From a virus (lineage: Duplodnaviria > Caudoviricetes): a DNA stretch of 31,372 bases. Under the pieces are notes generated by a model, which saw only the letters and a program-made list of their open reading frames with translations, was not told where the DNA came from and made no database searches. Location: the IMG/VR virus record IMGVR_UViG_3300020044_002546, positions 1-31,372 of that record; one strand, 5' to 3'. This document shows, one piece after another, positions 1-7,159 of the stretch; position 1 is the stretch's first letter, and every line of letters begins with the position of its first letter. Made by a program: the position numbers and the translations under genes.

Positions 1-2
1 CG

Positions 3-281
3 GCATGGGCTAAGGCGCATGAGGCGGAGGCTAAGCGGGCCTCATATCACGCTAAGGCTAATGCGGAGCAAGCTCCAACGGGTTACACCTGGCAGACATA
101 CGCGGCGAGGTGTACGCGTGAGGCGTTCGACGTGCTTACCCGTGAGGCGTTGCCGGAGCTTGATCTAACCCCCGCGCCGATATCGGCGGAGGTTATACCG
201 GTAAACGTCAATTCGTGGCGGGATCATTTATTAACATTGGAGGCCCAGGACGCGGCCCGGTTCGCGGCGGCGAGACAATGA
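3..281 (+). CDS. hypothetical protein, 5'-truncated (AWAKAHEAEAKRAS...AARFAAARQ)
   Basis: Open frame from the window edge to TGA 279-281, which overlaps the next ATG (ATGA). Not in the ORF track. Confidence 0.7.
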   Translation, partial: AWAKAHEAEAKRASYHAKANAEQAPTGYTWQTYAARCTREAFDVLTREALPELDLTPAPISAEVIPVNVNSWRDHLLTLEAQDAARFAAARQ

Positions 282-460
282 CGGGCGCGGAGGCGTTGGG
301 GATTATGGGCGGGGCGATATGTCTCACGTTCCCATTGTGGGGTGTATGGCTTTTAGTCCGTTGGCTTGACGGTAGGCCGACACCGGAGCAACGTGTCGCG
401 CATACTCGCGAGATAGTTCAACGTCGTCGAGATCAGATTACGCGGAGTAAGTGGCTATAA
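278..460 (+). CDS. small membrane protein (60 aa)
   Basis: ATG 278 is coupled to the upstream stop (ATGA), so preferred over the track start at 215. One hydrophobic segment (IMGGAICLTFPLWGVWLLV) and a basic tail. Confidence 0.7.
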   Translation: MTGAEALGIMGGAICLTFPLWGVWLLVRWLDGRPTPEQRVAHTREIVQRRRDQITRSKWL

Positions 461-537
461 ATAGTTAGGTATCCCGTTCCGCATTGGCGGCGGCCCGTTC
501 GTGACGGGCGCGGGAGCTATCTCGGCAAGGTGTCGAG
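461..537 (+). ncRNA. putative structured intergenic RNA, tRNA-like three-way junction plus hairpin
   Basis: Stems TCCCGT(472-477)/GCGGGA(510-515), CCGC/GCGG (479-490), GCCCG-TTCGTGA-CGGGC (493-509), then CTCGGCA-AGG-TGTCGAG (521-537). Confidence 0.45.
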
Positions 538-564
538 GTTACGTCTCTGGGAGGGGGCGACATT

Positions 565-837
565 ATGAGTGCAGATAATACTTTTACGCTATGGCGTAAG
601 ACTTGCGAAACATTATCGGGAGTACAAAATAGGTACACCGTAGACGGGGTGAGTTATATCTTTATTAAGGGTAAGGGCAACAACGACGACGCGATTACCG
701 GCAAGGTGCTAAAGGTTACGGGTAGTTATGATGAGATTACCCAGGCGGTCAAGGTAGGTTCGTTCCGTATTGAACGTGACGGCGAGGTGTCGAAGTGGCC
801 TGCGGGCTTGCGTCAGTTGGTTGAGGTGGCTGCATGA
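565..837 (+). CDS. hypothetical protein (90 aa)
   Basis: GGGAGGGGG SD upstream of ATG; stop overlaps next start (ATGA). Confidence 0.8.
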   Translation: MSADNTFTLWRKTCETLSGVQNRYTVDGVSYIFIKGKGNNDDAITGKVLKVTGSYDEITQAVKVGSFRIERDGEVSKWPAGLRQLVEVAA

Positions 838-1202
838 TCCACGTTATGAACTACGACGAGTGGGCGGCTATCGGTCACGCTAACGGTTGGCTAGGTGTAC
901 GCCGCAACGACGGTGCTACTTCGGGAGGGGGTGCTAAAGCTATGACGGTTCGCGCCGGATCACAACGCGCCAAACTATTAGCCACCTACTTTGCGGAGCA
1001 GTATCTCACTGATGAGGAGGCAGGTCACGCAAGCGGCCTCGCGTTGCTCCCCAAGTGTTGCTATTGGAAGCGCTGTTCCGAGCTGCGCCAGGCTGGATAT
1101 ATAAAGCCGAACGGTAAGACACGTATCTCTAGTGCCGGTGTCGAGCAGCAAGTGTGCCATATCACGGCTGAGGGAATACAAGTACTGGCAGCGATCGCAT
1201 GA
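834..1202 (+). CDS. putative winged-helix DNA-binding protein
   Basis: LTDEEAG...YWKRCSELRQAGYIKPNGKTR...ITAEG matches a helix-turn-helix-wing pattern; ATGA coupling on both sides. Confidence 0.65.
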   Translation: MIHVMNYDEWAAIGHANGWLGVRRNDGATSGGGAKAMTVRAGSQRAKLLATYFAEQYLTDEEAGHASGLALLPKCCYWKRCSELRQAGYIKPNGKTRISSAGVEQQVCHITAEGIQVLAAIA

Positions 1203-1459
1203 GGTGGAGGCGGCTTGGCCGTCGTGTCTCGAAACGTGTCAAAGTGATCGCGCTCGAACGTGAGCGCAAGATACCTACAACACGCTACGTGGTTCGACGT
1301 GACCATGACGGGCGTACCTGGGCAGGGCCGTACCGTTGGCAGGGGATCACGTTCACGGAAGCGGAACGGTTCTGGTATCAGTTCACCACCGTCGAGAGCG
1401 CACACGCGGCGATCACCGGCAACGGGTTTGTTGGTGTGAGTGTCAGGCAGATAGTCTAA
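1199..1459 (+). CDS. hypothetical protein (86 aa, start uncertain)
   Basis: ATGA overlap with upstream gene; last gene before the terminator. Confidence 0.65.
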   Translation: MRWRRLGRRVSKRVKVIALERERKIPTTRYVVRRDHDGRTWAGPYRWQGITFTEAERFWYQFTTVESAHAAITGNGFVGVSVRQIV

Positions 1460-1522
1460 ACAGAGGTAAGGCAACGATTAAACGCTTGCGGGTTACCTAC
1501 CCGTGACCGTGTTGCCGCCATT

Positions 1523-1574
1523 GGGATCGCCTCCCTTCCCACCCCTGGGAGGTTGAGGCGGTCCCTTTTATTTT
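1523..1574 (+). terminator. intrinsic terminator at the convergence of + and - gene blocks
   Basis: GGGATCGCCTC...GAGGCGGTCCC stem with inner CTTCCCA/TGGGAGG stem, followed by TTTTATTTT. Confidence 0.8.
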
Positions 1575-1693
1575 ACGGGGATCATCTCCACAGGTTTATG
1601 TTTGTTGCCACACGTTGGGGGTTCTTTGACCGTGACGTGTGTAATCATGCGCTGTTGGCAGCGCGGACATGACCAGTGTTCACCCTTCGCCAT
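1568..1693 (-). CDS. 41-aa zinc-finger-like protein
   Basis: MAKGEHWSCPRCQQ...PPTCGNKH (CxxC...CxxxH); ATG 1693 overlaps the end of the methyltransferase. Confidence 0.65.
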   Translation of the reverse strand: MAKGEHWSCPRCQQRMITHVTVKEPPTCGNKHKPVEMIPVK

Positions 1694-3188
1694 GTTCAAC
1701 CTTTGCAATATGTGAAGCAACCCACTTTGCAACCGGTGAGGCAACACCGTTACCGCATTGTTTATATCGGTGGGTGTCAGCTTGTTCTGTGCCGTCAGCC
1801 TTAAACCTGGTGTGGTCGTCAGGCCAACCCATGAGGCGTTCACATTCCAACGGGGTTAGTCGACGTACAGCCATCGGTGGTTCAATGGGTTGTGCAACCA
1901 TCGGCGTATTGTTTCCTCCAGTCCCCATAAATGCTTGAAGTGTGCCGATTGTTTTATCAAATATCCGTGGCCCGACACGACGGTCATCATCAAAAACGAT
2001 TGAATCGTGTGCAACATCGTAAGCAACAGCGTGGATGTCTGTTTTAGTAAGCGTAAACATCGGGTCGCCTTCTTCCGTGTGTCCTTTGCCTGCTGGGCCG
2101 TTCTCAGGTTGACGACCGATAACATTCCCTTGTATGCCATACGCTACGGCTTGCGCCCCTGTTTGATCTAACGTGTATGACGGTTCCCCATCGGAAGCAA
2201 CACCGAAACCGTTCTGATGTTTCTCGATCTCTCGACCATCCTGTATCGGGTATGCCACCGGTGGTGATTGCTGGCTTGATTTTAACGTTGGTGCGACATC
2301 TTCGGTGACGTTTGCATTAGAGCCGAACTGTGTATCAAATGCTAGATACGGTTCAACAATACATTTGTTTTCGTTCACGTATTGAGTGCTAATCATTTTT
2401 GCATCTGAGGTATTGAGTGAACCAACAATGTCGGAACCGAGTATCCCACCCTCGGTTACAAGATGACCGCAGTTCACGTCCTGATTCACGACGGTTGACT
2501 TGTGGTAGATGCTTGCTCCGATGGCGTTGACGATTGCACCATCGCCTCCAATGCCTTCTGTAAGCGTAAGGGCAGCACTTTGCTTCTTCGGTTTGCCCTT
2601 CTTAGTATCCCCTCGCAAGCTTTCGGTGACAGGTAATAACGGGTCGGGACATCGCTCGGCTGCTGCAGAATCAAAGCAAGAGATGAGGAACACGCGCCTG
2701 CGTCGTTGGGGAATTCCGAAGTGCTGCGCGTCCAACAAAGCGTATTCTTGGAGACACGCCCCTGCTTTAGCCATTTCATTGATGACTGTTGCAAAATCTC
2801 GTCCATTGTTGGAGGACAAGGCTCCTGCGACGTTCTCCCAGACTGTCCATCGGGGAAAAGTTCCATTGGTTGCATCTCTCATCTCCTTTATTATTCTTAC
2901 GGCTTCGTGAAATAGTCCTGATCGTTCGCCTTCTAAGCCTGCTCGTTTACCAGCAACGCTCAGGTCTTGGCATGGGCTGCCGAAAATGATGCAGTCCACT
3001 GGTGGGATTTCTGCACCGTTGACATCGGAAACATCCAACCATTTCGGTACATCGGGCCAATGTTTGTTAAGGATTTGCTGACAGTTCTTATCCCATTCGA
3101 CTTGGAACTTGCAGTCCCATCCTGCTTGTTCAAAGCCCATGTCAAACCCGCCGACACCCGCAAACAAACTTCCAAAAGTTAACGCCAT
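1680..3188 (-). CDS. DNA (cytosine-5) methyltransferase with expanded variable region
   Basis: Motifs I FAGVGG, IV GSPCQDLS, VI WENV, VIII QRRRRVF, IX RRLTPLECERLMGWP, X YKQCGNGV. Confidence 0.95.
   Translation of the reverse strand: MALTFGSLFAGVGGFDMGFEQAGWDCKFQVEWDKNCQQILNKHWPDVPKWLDVSDVNGAEIPPVDCIIFGSPCQDLSVAGKRAGLEGERSGLFHEAVRIIKEMRDATNGTFPRWTVWENVAGALSSNNGRDFATVINEMAKAGACLQEYALLDAQHFGIPQRRRRVFLISCFDSAAAERCPDPLLPVTESLRGDTKKGKPKKQSAALTLTEGIGGDGAIVNAIGASIYHKSTVVNQDVNCGHLVTEGGILGSDIVGSLNTSDAKMISTQYVNENKCIVEPYLAFDTQFGSNANVTEDVAPTLKSSQQSPPVAYPIQDGREIEKHQNGFGVASDGEPSYTLDQTGAQAVAYGIQGNVIGRQPENGPAGKGHTEEGDPMFTLTKTDIHAVAYDVAHDSIVFDDDRRVGPRIFDKTIGTLQAFMGTGGNNTPMVAQPIEPPMAVRRLTPLECERLMGWPDDHTRFKADGTEQADTHRYKQCGNGVASPVAKWVASHIAKVEHGEG
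2486..2875 (-). CDS. nested alternative-frame protein, M.EcoHK31I beta-polypeptide-like methyltransferase partner
   Basis: AAGGAG 7 nt upstream of ATG 2875; contains LALILQQPSDVPTRYYLSPKACEGILRRANRR..LP..LQKALE, which I recognise as typical of overlapping beta subunits of C5 MTases. Confidence 0.7.
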   Translation of the reverse strand: MQPMELFPDGQSGRTSQEPCPPTMDEILQQSSMKWLKQGRVSKNTLCWTRSTSEFPNDAGACSSSLALILQQPSDVPTRYYLSPKACEGILRRANRRSKVLPLRLQKALEAMVQSSTPSEQASTTSQPS

Positions 3189-3532
3189 TAGAAACTCCTA
3201 CATTCACATAACTTGACATATCGTGTCTTTACTGAGTCGTTGTCGAAATCGGGATCGGTATAAACAAAGCCGGTGCTGTCACATTGGTCGCAACCCACCT
3301 CAGCGTGACGCACACCCATCACCTTGTTGAACATTGACTTGATCTCAAACTGGTTAGGGAAATGACCCAATGATTCAGACATCTTCAACACTTGTTTCGC
3401 ATCTTCTTCGGTTGCGTCAAGCATCAGTTCGTCTTTAGTCCAACCGTTCTTCACCGTATTGCGGGCGATGTTTGTTGTTGGGTACATACCGCACAGACGG
3501 TCAATCATTAACTCGATTAGTGCTGGTGTCAT
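3188..3532 (-). CDS. hypothetical protein with C-terminal Zn-binding CxxC...CxC (possibly replication accessory)
   Basis: CDQCDSTG...CECR; coupled to neighbours by ATGA and TAATG overlaps. Confidence 0.7.
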   Translation of the reverse strand: MTPALIELMIDRLCGMYPTTNIARNTVKNGWTKDELMLDATEEDAKQVLKMSESLGHFPNQFEIKSMFNKVMGVRHAEVGCDQCDSTGFVYTDPDFDNDSVKTRYVKLCECRSF

Positions 3533-4317
3533 GAGTTCTCATCCATGAAGCAGCCGCACGTACCCCAATCGTCTTTGTCAAACATGGTTGGTTGATCCTC
3601 CAGACGTTCTCTAAACCTGCGTAAAGTCAATGGTGTTGTTTTGCCCTGCTTGGTTTCCTTCAACATGGCAACATCCTTTTTCAAATACTCCCTAGTTGCT
3701 TCTTCCTCGTTCTCCCATTCAAGGAAACGTCCCCTGTTCCAGTCAAGCAACATCTTCCATGCCGCTTGCCCACCGCGCACACACGCCCCGCCACAGTTAG
3801 CGTGACTGAAGCCAACTGAATACAAACGTGGCGGTTCAATGCCGGAGTCTCGATACTTTTGTAGCAACGCGGACTTCTCGATGTATGGTTCGCGCATTAG
3901 CGGCGAGTCGATGGTGTACGGCTCCCACAATGGGGCAGCTCTCTCGTGCCGGTGTGGTTCTGTCCAATCAAATCCTAAATAGATAATTGAATCATCAGGT
4001 TCGCAGTTGTGCTTGATCCACTTGTCTAGTGCCTGGCGTTTCAGTATCTTGGAACATACGGCCATTCTGTCGTTTGGTACACACCGTTGGTCGCGGCCCA
4101 CCTGCATTGGGGTACGCCCATCACGTATAACAATCCATTCCCAACGTGGTGAAAGTTTTGCCACAACTTCGTGAGCGAAACGCCAGTTATCTTCGTCCTC
4201 AACCATCGTGTCCGCTGTTAATAGCACCAGCCTGTCGTCAGTGGCGGCCAAGTCCTGAACTCTAAAAGCAACCTCGGCAGACCCAATGCCAGTCGAGAAC
4301 TGCACACAATGCAGCAC
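3529..4317 (-). CDS. PAPS-reductase-like PP-loop (adenine nucleotide alpha hydrolase) protein, probably Fe-S
   Basis: N-terminal VQFSTGIGS PP-loop variant, ADT..ED, CSKILK, YLGFDWTE..R, HANCGGACVRGG, terminal GTCGCF. GTG 4317 overlaps the upstream TAG and is preferred over the track start at 4395. Confidence 0.75.
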   Translation of the reverse strand: MLHCVQFSTGIGSAEVAFRVQDLAATDDRLVLLTADTMVEDEDNWRFAHEVVAKLSPRWEWIVIRDGRTPMQVGRDQRCVPNDRMAVCSKILKRQALDKWIKHNCEPDDSIIYLGFDWTEPHRHERAAPLWEPYTIDSPLMREPYIEKSALLQKYRDSGIEPPRLYSVGFSHANCGGACVRGGQAAWKMLLDWNRGRFLEWENEEEATREYLKKDVAMLKETKQGKTTPLTLRRFRERLEDQPTMFDKDDWGTCGCFMDENS

Positions 4318-4538
4318 TAAAGTTCCACGCCTTGCGCGATATGTGTACGCAGCCTGGAGATAACTGACTCCGCCTGCTTTAGTGTCACTCGACAAGCCTC
4401 TAGTTCTGTGTGAAGTGAATCAGATGCGTCTTTGAATCTGTCTCGCTCCTCGCGCAACAGTTCGTTCGCCGTTTGCATCGCATCAACACGATCCTTGTAT
4501 TGCTCTAACTCAAACTCTATTGGTGTTTCTATACTCAC
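4317..4538 (-). CDS. coiled-coil hypothetical protein (73 aa)
   Basis: Heptad-like helical sequence; overlaps WhiB end and the next start. Confidence 0.75.
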   Translation of the reverse strand: MSIETPIEFELEQYKDRVDAMQTANELLREERDRFKDASDSLHTELEACRVTLKQAESVISRLRTHIAQGVEL

Positions 4539-4800
4539 GGCGTAGCCCTCTCCTCTGTAATGGTGTTGTTCCTGCCCAGATACCTGACTTTATATTGTTT
4601 TGCACCGCAAAGTCAAGACATTCTTTTTGTACTTTGCAACCACCACAAACCAGTCGTGCCTGGGCAAGCTTCATAATGTTGATTGATTTTTCTTCCTCGT
4701 CCAAGAAGAACAGGCTTGGGCCTGCTCCTCGACACGCTGCTTCTTCCACGAAAGCAAACTGTTTGTTGACCAGGCTGTAATAATCTTCTGCTGCCGACAT
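4510..4800 (-). CDS. whiB: WhiB family Fe-S transcription factor
   Basis: AACRG...FF...VCGGCKVQKECLDFA...GIWAGTT: four Cys plus G[IV]WxG turn; GAGGGAG SD before ATG 4800. Confidence 0.92.
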   Translation of the reverse strand: MSAAEDYYSLVNKQFAFVEEAACRGAGPSLFFLDEEEKSINIMKLAQARLVCGGCKVQKECLDFAVQNNIKSGIWAGTTPLQRRGLRREYRNTNRV

Positions 4801-4832
4801 TTCTTCTCCCTCGTTGTCGTCTTGATATTCGT

Positions 4833-5327
4833 CTATAAATTCCAATGCCTTAGCCCGCCGTTCCTGTATAAGTATCGGGCTACCGCAAGGTTGCACCGTA
4901 CATTAAACAGTACCGACAAGTCGCCTCTTTGTGAAGCACATTCTTTTGCTGTGACCGTGACCCAACTGGAGTTGATCTGAAGCAATCCTCGGTCTTGGGT
5001 TTTATTTTTATTTAGAGTGCGGTTGTGGGAAAGGGGTGAGCAGCGGCTTTCGCGCCATGAAATAAACGAAAACGTTTCGACGGGTAGACCGAACGCTGCG
5101 AACTCATCTTCCCATTGGGGGCAACGCTTCGATTTATCTGCCGGAACACCCTCTGGAACCACCTCAACAGGCAGTACCAGAACCTTGTCAGACGCACGGA
5201 GAGCCTCTGAGAGAGGCGATCCTGACGAGTTGGCAGGGTTGGCAGGGGCTTCAGCAGCATGAGCCATACTGCCGAAGGTAATCGTCCCTACTAGAGCAAC
5301 GGCAAATAGCCGTACAAGTGATCTCAT
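4833..5327 (-). CDS. secreted lytic transglycosylase (SLT/lysozyme-like)
   Basis: Signal peptide ending AHA-A; catalytic RES, GLLQIN, NL..A..LY...W motifs; GGAGG SD before ATG 5327. Confidence 0.85.
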   Translation of the reverse strand: MRSLVRLFAVALVGTITFGSMAHAAEAPANPANSSGSPLSEALRASDKVLVLPVEVVPEGVPADKSKRCPQWEDEFAAFGLPVETFSFISWRESRCSPLSHNRTLNKNKTQDRGLLQINSSWVTVTAKECASQRGDLSVLFNVRCNLAVARYLYRNGGLRHWNL

Positions 5328-5337
5328 CGGTCCTCCA

Positions 5338-5346
5338 AGTTTAGCA
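5338..5346 (-). promoter_or_regulatory. possible extended -10 promoter (TGCTAAACT)
   Basis: TGnTAnnnT 10 nt upstream of the transglycosylase start. Confidence 0.35.
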
Positions 5347-5380
5347 AATGTTACGGATTGCTTACGAATAAAGGGTGTCA

Positions 5381-5414
5381 CCCTACACAACACCGAACAC
5401 GAATGTGTGTAGGG
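5381..5414. other. intergenic stem-loop, possible terminator
   Basis: CCCTACACA / TGTGTAGGG 9-bp inverted repeat between the resolvase and transglycosylase genes. Confidence 0.45.
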
Positions 5415-5467
5415 ACAACCACGCCAAACACTAACTCAATGTGGCCCCCTCAATGTGATCGTTACGC

Positions 5468-5926
5468 TTACAGCAGAGAAACCAACTCTGCAAACTCATC
5501 TAACGTCATCAACACGATACCGTCACTACTACCATCAGGCATAGCAATCATCGCGAAAGGTCGTATGTCACCCAACGATTTCGATGCTTCAGATTGTAAA
5601 CGAGCCTGGTGGAAACGTGTAGCGATTGGACCCACCTGCGCACCGGCTTTAACTTCGACGCGGAACAACCCGCCCCAATGTTCTTCATGGCGAGAGCCTG
5701 CATTACCTGTCGCACTAAGACCCAACTTCTTCCGAGCGCGTCGAGCTTTGCTATCACCTTTAGTTCGTGAGCGTTTTCCGCGAGCAACAGGGTCGTTACA
5801 TCCTTTGACCCGTCGCTTACCGTCACGAGCTTCACGTCCCAAAGTTCCAAACTTGGGGCATCCGTCAACCGTGCATTTGTCTTTGTTGCCTTCACAGTAA
5901 TCCTTCCTGTTCTGTTCCAATGTCAA
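5468..5926 (-). CDS. putative Holliday junction resolvase (PD-(D/E)xK, Hjc-like) with Cys-rich N-terminus
   Basis: SRTKG, RVEVKAG and terminal LMTLDEFAELV typical of phage Hjc-like proteins; lies downstream of recombination genes. Confidence 0.6.
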   Translation of the reverse strand: MTLEQNRKDYCEGNKDKCTVDGCPKFGTLGREARDGKRRVKGCNDPVARGKRSRTKGDSKARRARKKLGLSATGNAGSRHEEHWGGLFRVEVKAGAQVGPIATRFHQARLQSEASKSLGDIRPFAMIAMPDGSSDGIVLMTLDEFAELVSLL

Positions 5927-6170
5927 AATCCACCTCCAGACGGTTCAGATATTTTGGATTGGTGTAACTGCTGATTTCAGTAATAGCCAAATCAATGAAG
6001 TGTTGAATGTTGCAAACAACATCTTCATCAAACCAGTAGTTTTCGGCTAGTTCACGGCAAGCAATTTCTGAAAGTTCGCGGTAGAAGTCACGGTCAGCGA
6101 CTATGTGTGCAATCTCTTTATGAAAAGCCCAAAAGGATTGATTCAATAAATCGTTCTTTTTCTTGGCCAT
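5892..6170 (-). CDS. hypothetical protein (92 aa)
   Basis: ATG 2 nt after the upstream stop; fills the operon. Confidence 0.7.
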   Translation of the reverse strand: MAKKKNDLLNQSFWAFHKEIAHIVADRDFYRELSEIACRELAENYWFDEDVVCNIQHFIDLAITEISSYTNPKYLNRLEVDFDIGTEQEGLL

Positions 6171-6172
6171 GA

Positions 6173-7159
6173 TTACGCCTTCAGGATCGTGATGAGTTCA
6201 GATATCTCTGACTTGGTTAGGGCTTCCAACGATTCGATGACACGACCTGTTGAGTCTGATGCCATAGATAGTTGCTCCGCTTTAGTTGCGATGCCCTTAC
6301 CTGATGCCAAAGCCCTGAACATACCGATCTGTTTCGTTGTTGCCGGTGCGCCAGGTTCCTTGATCTGTGGTGTGCCGTTGGCAGGATGGTTGGCTTTGGA
6401 TTCTGCTACCACTTCTTCAGCAGAGAACATATTGATTACCGCTGCTACTGCTTCTTGGGTGGTGTTAAACGCAGGGTTGAAGTCATCCATGATCTCTGGT
6501 GGAAGTTCATCTTCTTGCGCTACATCTTCTTCAGCGAATGATGCGGCCAACTCTTTTGCTTTGGCGAACGCTTCACGCAACGCTGGCATCTGCGATTCTT
6601 TCAGGTCTGCTAGGTCAATCTTTGCTGACTTGGCGATCTGCTCATGGTTTAGCCCTGCCGCTTTGCAAGCGTCAACGAAACGTTTGATGTTGTCCATCGA
6701 CACCAACGGATCGCTTGGCTTGGCTGGTTCAACCTTTGCTACTGGTGCAGGCTTAGGTGCAGAGGTGGTCGGTGTGTGCGATACATCGTCCCACTCTTGC
6801 TTAGTCCACAACGACAGGCAAACACCGAAGCGCATACTGGCGTTACGAATGAAGTCCGAGATCAACTCTTTGAGTAGGTCAGGCTTGTTGTGCATGACCG
6901 AACCGATACCCAAACGACGTACACCGAGAATGGTGAGCCAGCCTGCCATGTGTGCCATGCCGTTCTCAACACGGTAAGCCGGTAGACCGTTCACATCAAA
7001 CGCGGTTGGTTCCCATGTCCACTCAGGGTCAATCTCGATAAGCATTTTGGTTACGTCTGCGTGACCTACGAAGTCAAGTTGCATCCCACCCTTGGGGAGT
7101 TTGCCTACGATCTTCGGATCAGGTACGCCATACTTGCTGATGATTTCTTCTAGTTTCAT
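6173..7159 (-). CDS. Rad52/Sak-like single-strand annealing protein
   Basis: LDFVGHADV..ML.EIDPEWTW and KELISDFIRNASMRFGV.L.LW; adjacent to YqaJ exonuclease (TAATG coupling). Confidence 0.8.
   Translation of the reverse strand: MKLEEIISKYGVPDPKIVGKLPKGGMQLDFVGHADVTKMLIEIDPEWTWEPTAFDVNGLPAYRVENGMAHMAGWLTILGVRRLGIGSVMHNKPDLLKELISDFIRNASMRFGVCLSLWTKQEWDDVSHTPTTSAPKPAPVAKVEPAKPSDPLVSMDNIKRFVDACKAAGLNHEQIAKSAKIDLADLKESQMPALREAFAKAKELAASFAEEDVAQEDELPPEIMDDFNPAFNTTQEAVAAVINMFSAEEVVAESKANHPANGTPQIKEPGAPATTKQIGMFRALASGKGIATKAEQLSMASDSTGRVIESLEALTKSEISELITILKA

Noticed and set aside
461-520. Canonical tRNA gene
   Set aside because: Too short, no anticodon arm, no CCA; kept only as a tRNA-like element.
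1856-2140. Another same-strand alternative-frame ORF within the MTase (94 aa)
   Set aside because: No clear SD or recognisable motif, unlike 2486-2875.
1890-2534. Intein or homing endonuclease insertion explaining the long MTase
   Set aside because: No C/S...HN-C/S/T splice junctions or LAGLIDADG/HNH motifs; the insert is made of TRD-like modules.
1680-5926. Complete restriction-modification system (MTase plus PD-(D/E)xK nuclease)
   Set aside because: The nuclease is small, Hjc-like and grouped with recombination genes; the MTase looks like an orphan protective enzyme.
6189-6977. 262-aa antisense ORF opposite the annealase, and similar + strand ORFs at 2509, 12552, 17030, 20254 and 30521
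   Set aside because: Shadows of real - strand genes caused by codon bias; low-complexity products with no motifs or SD.
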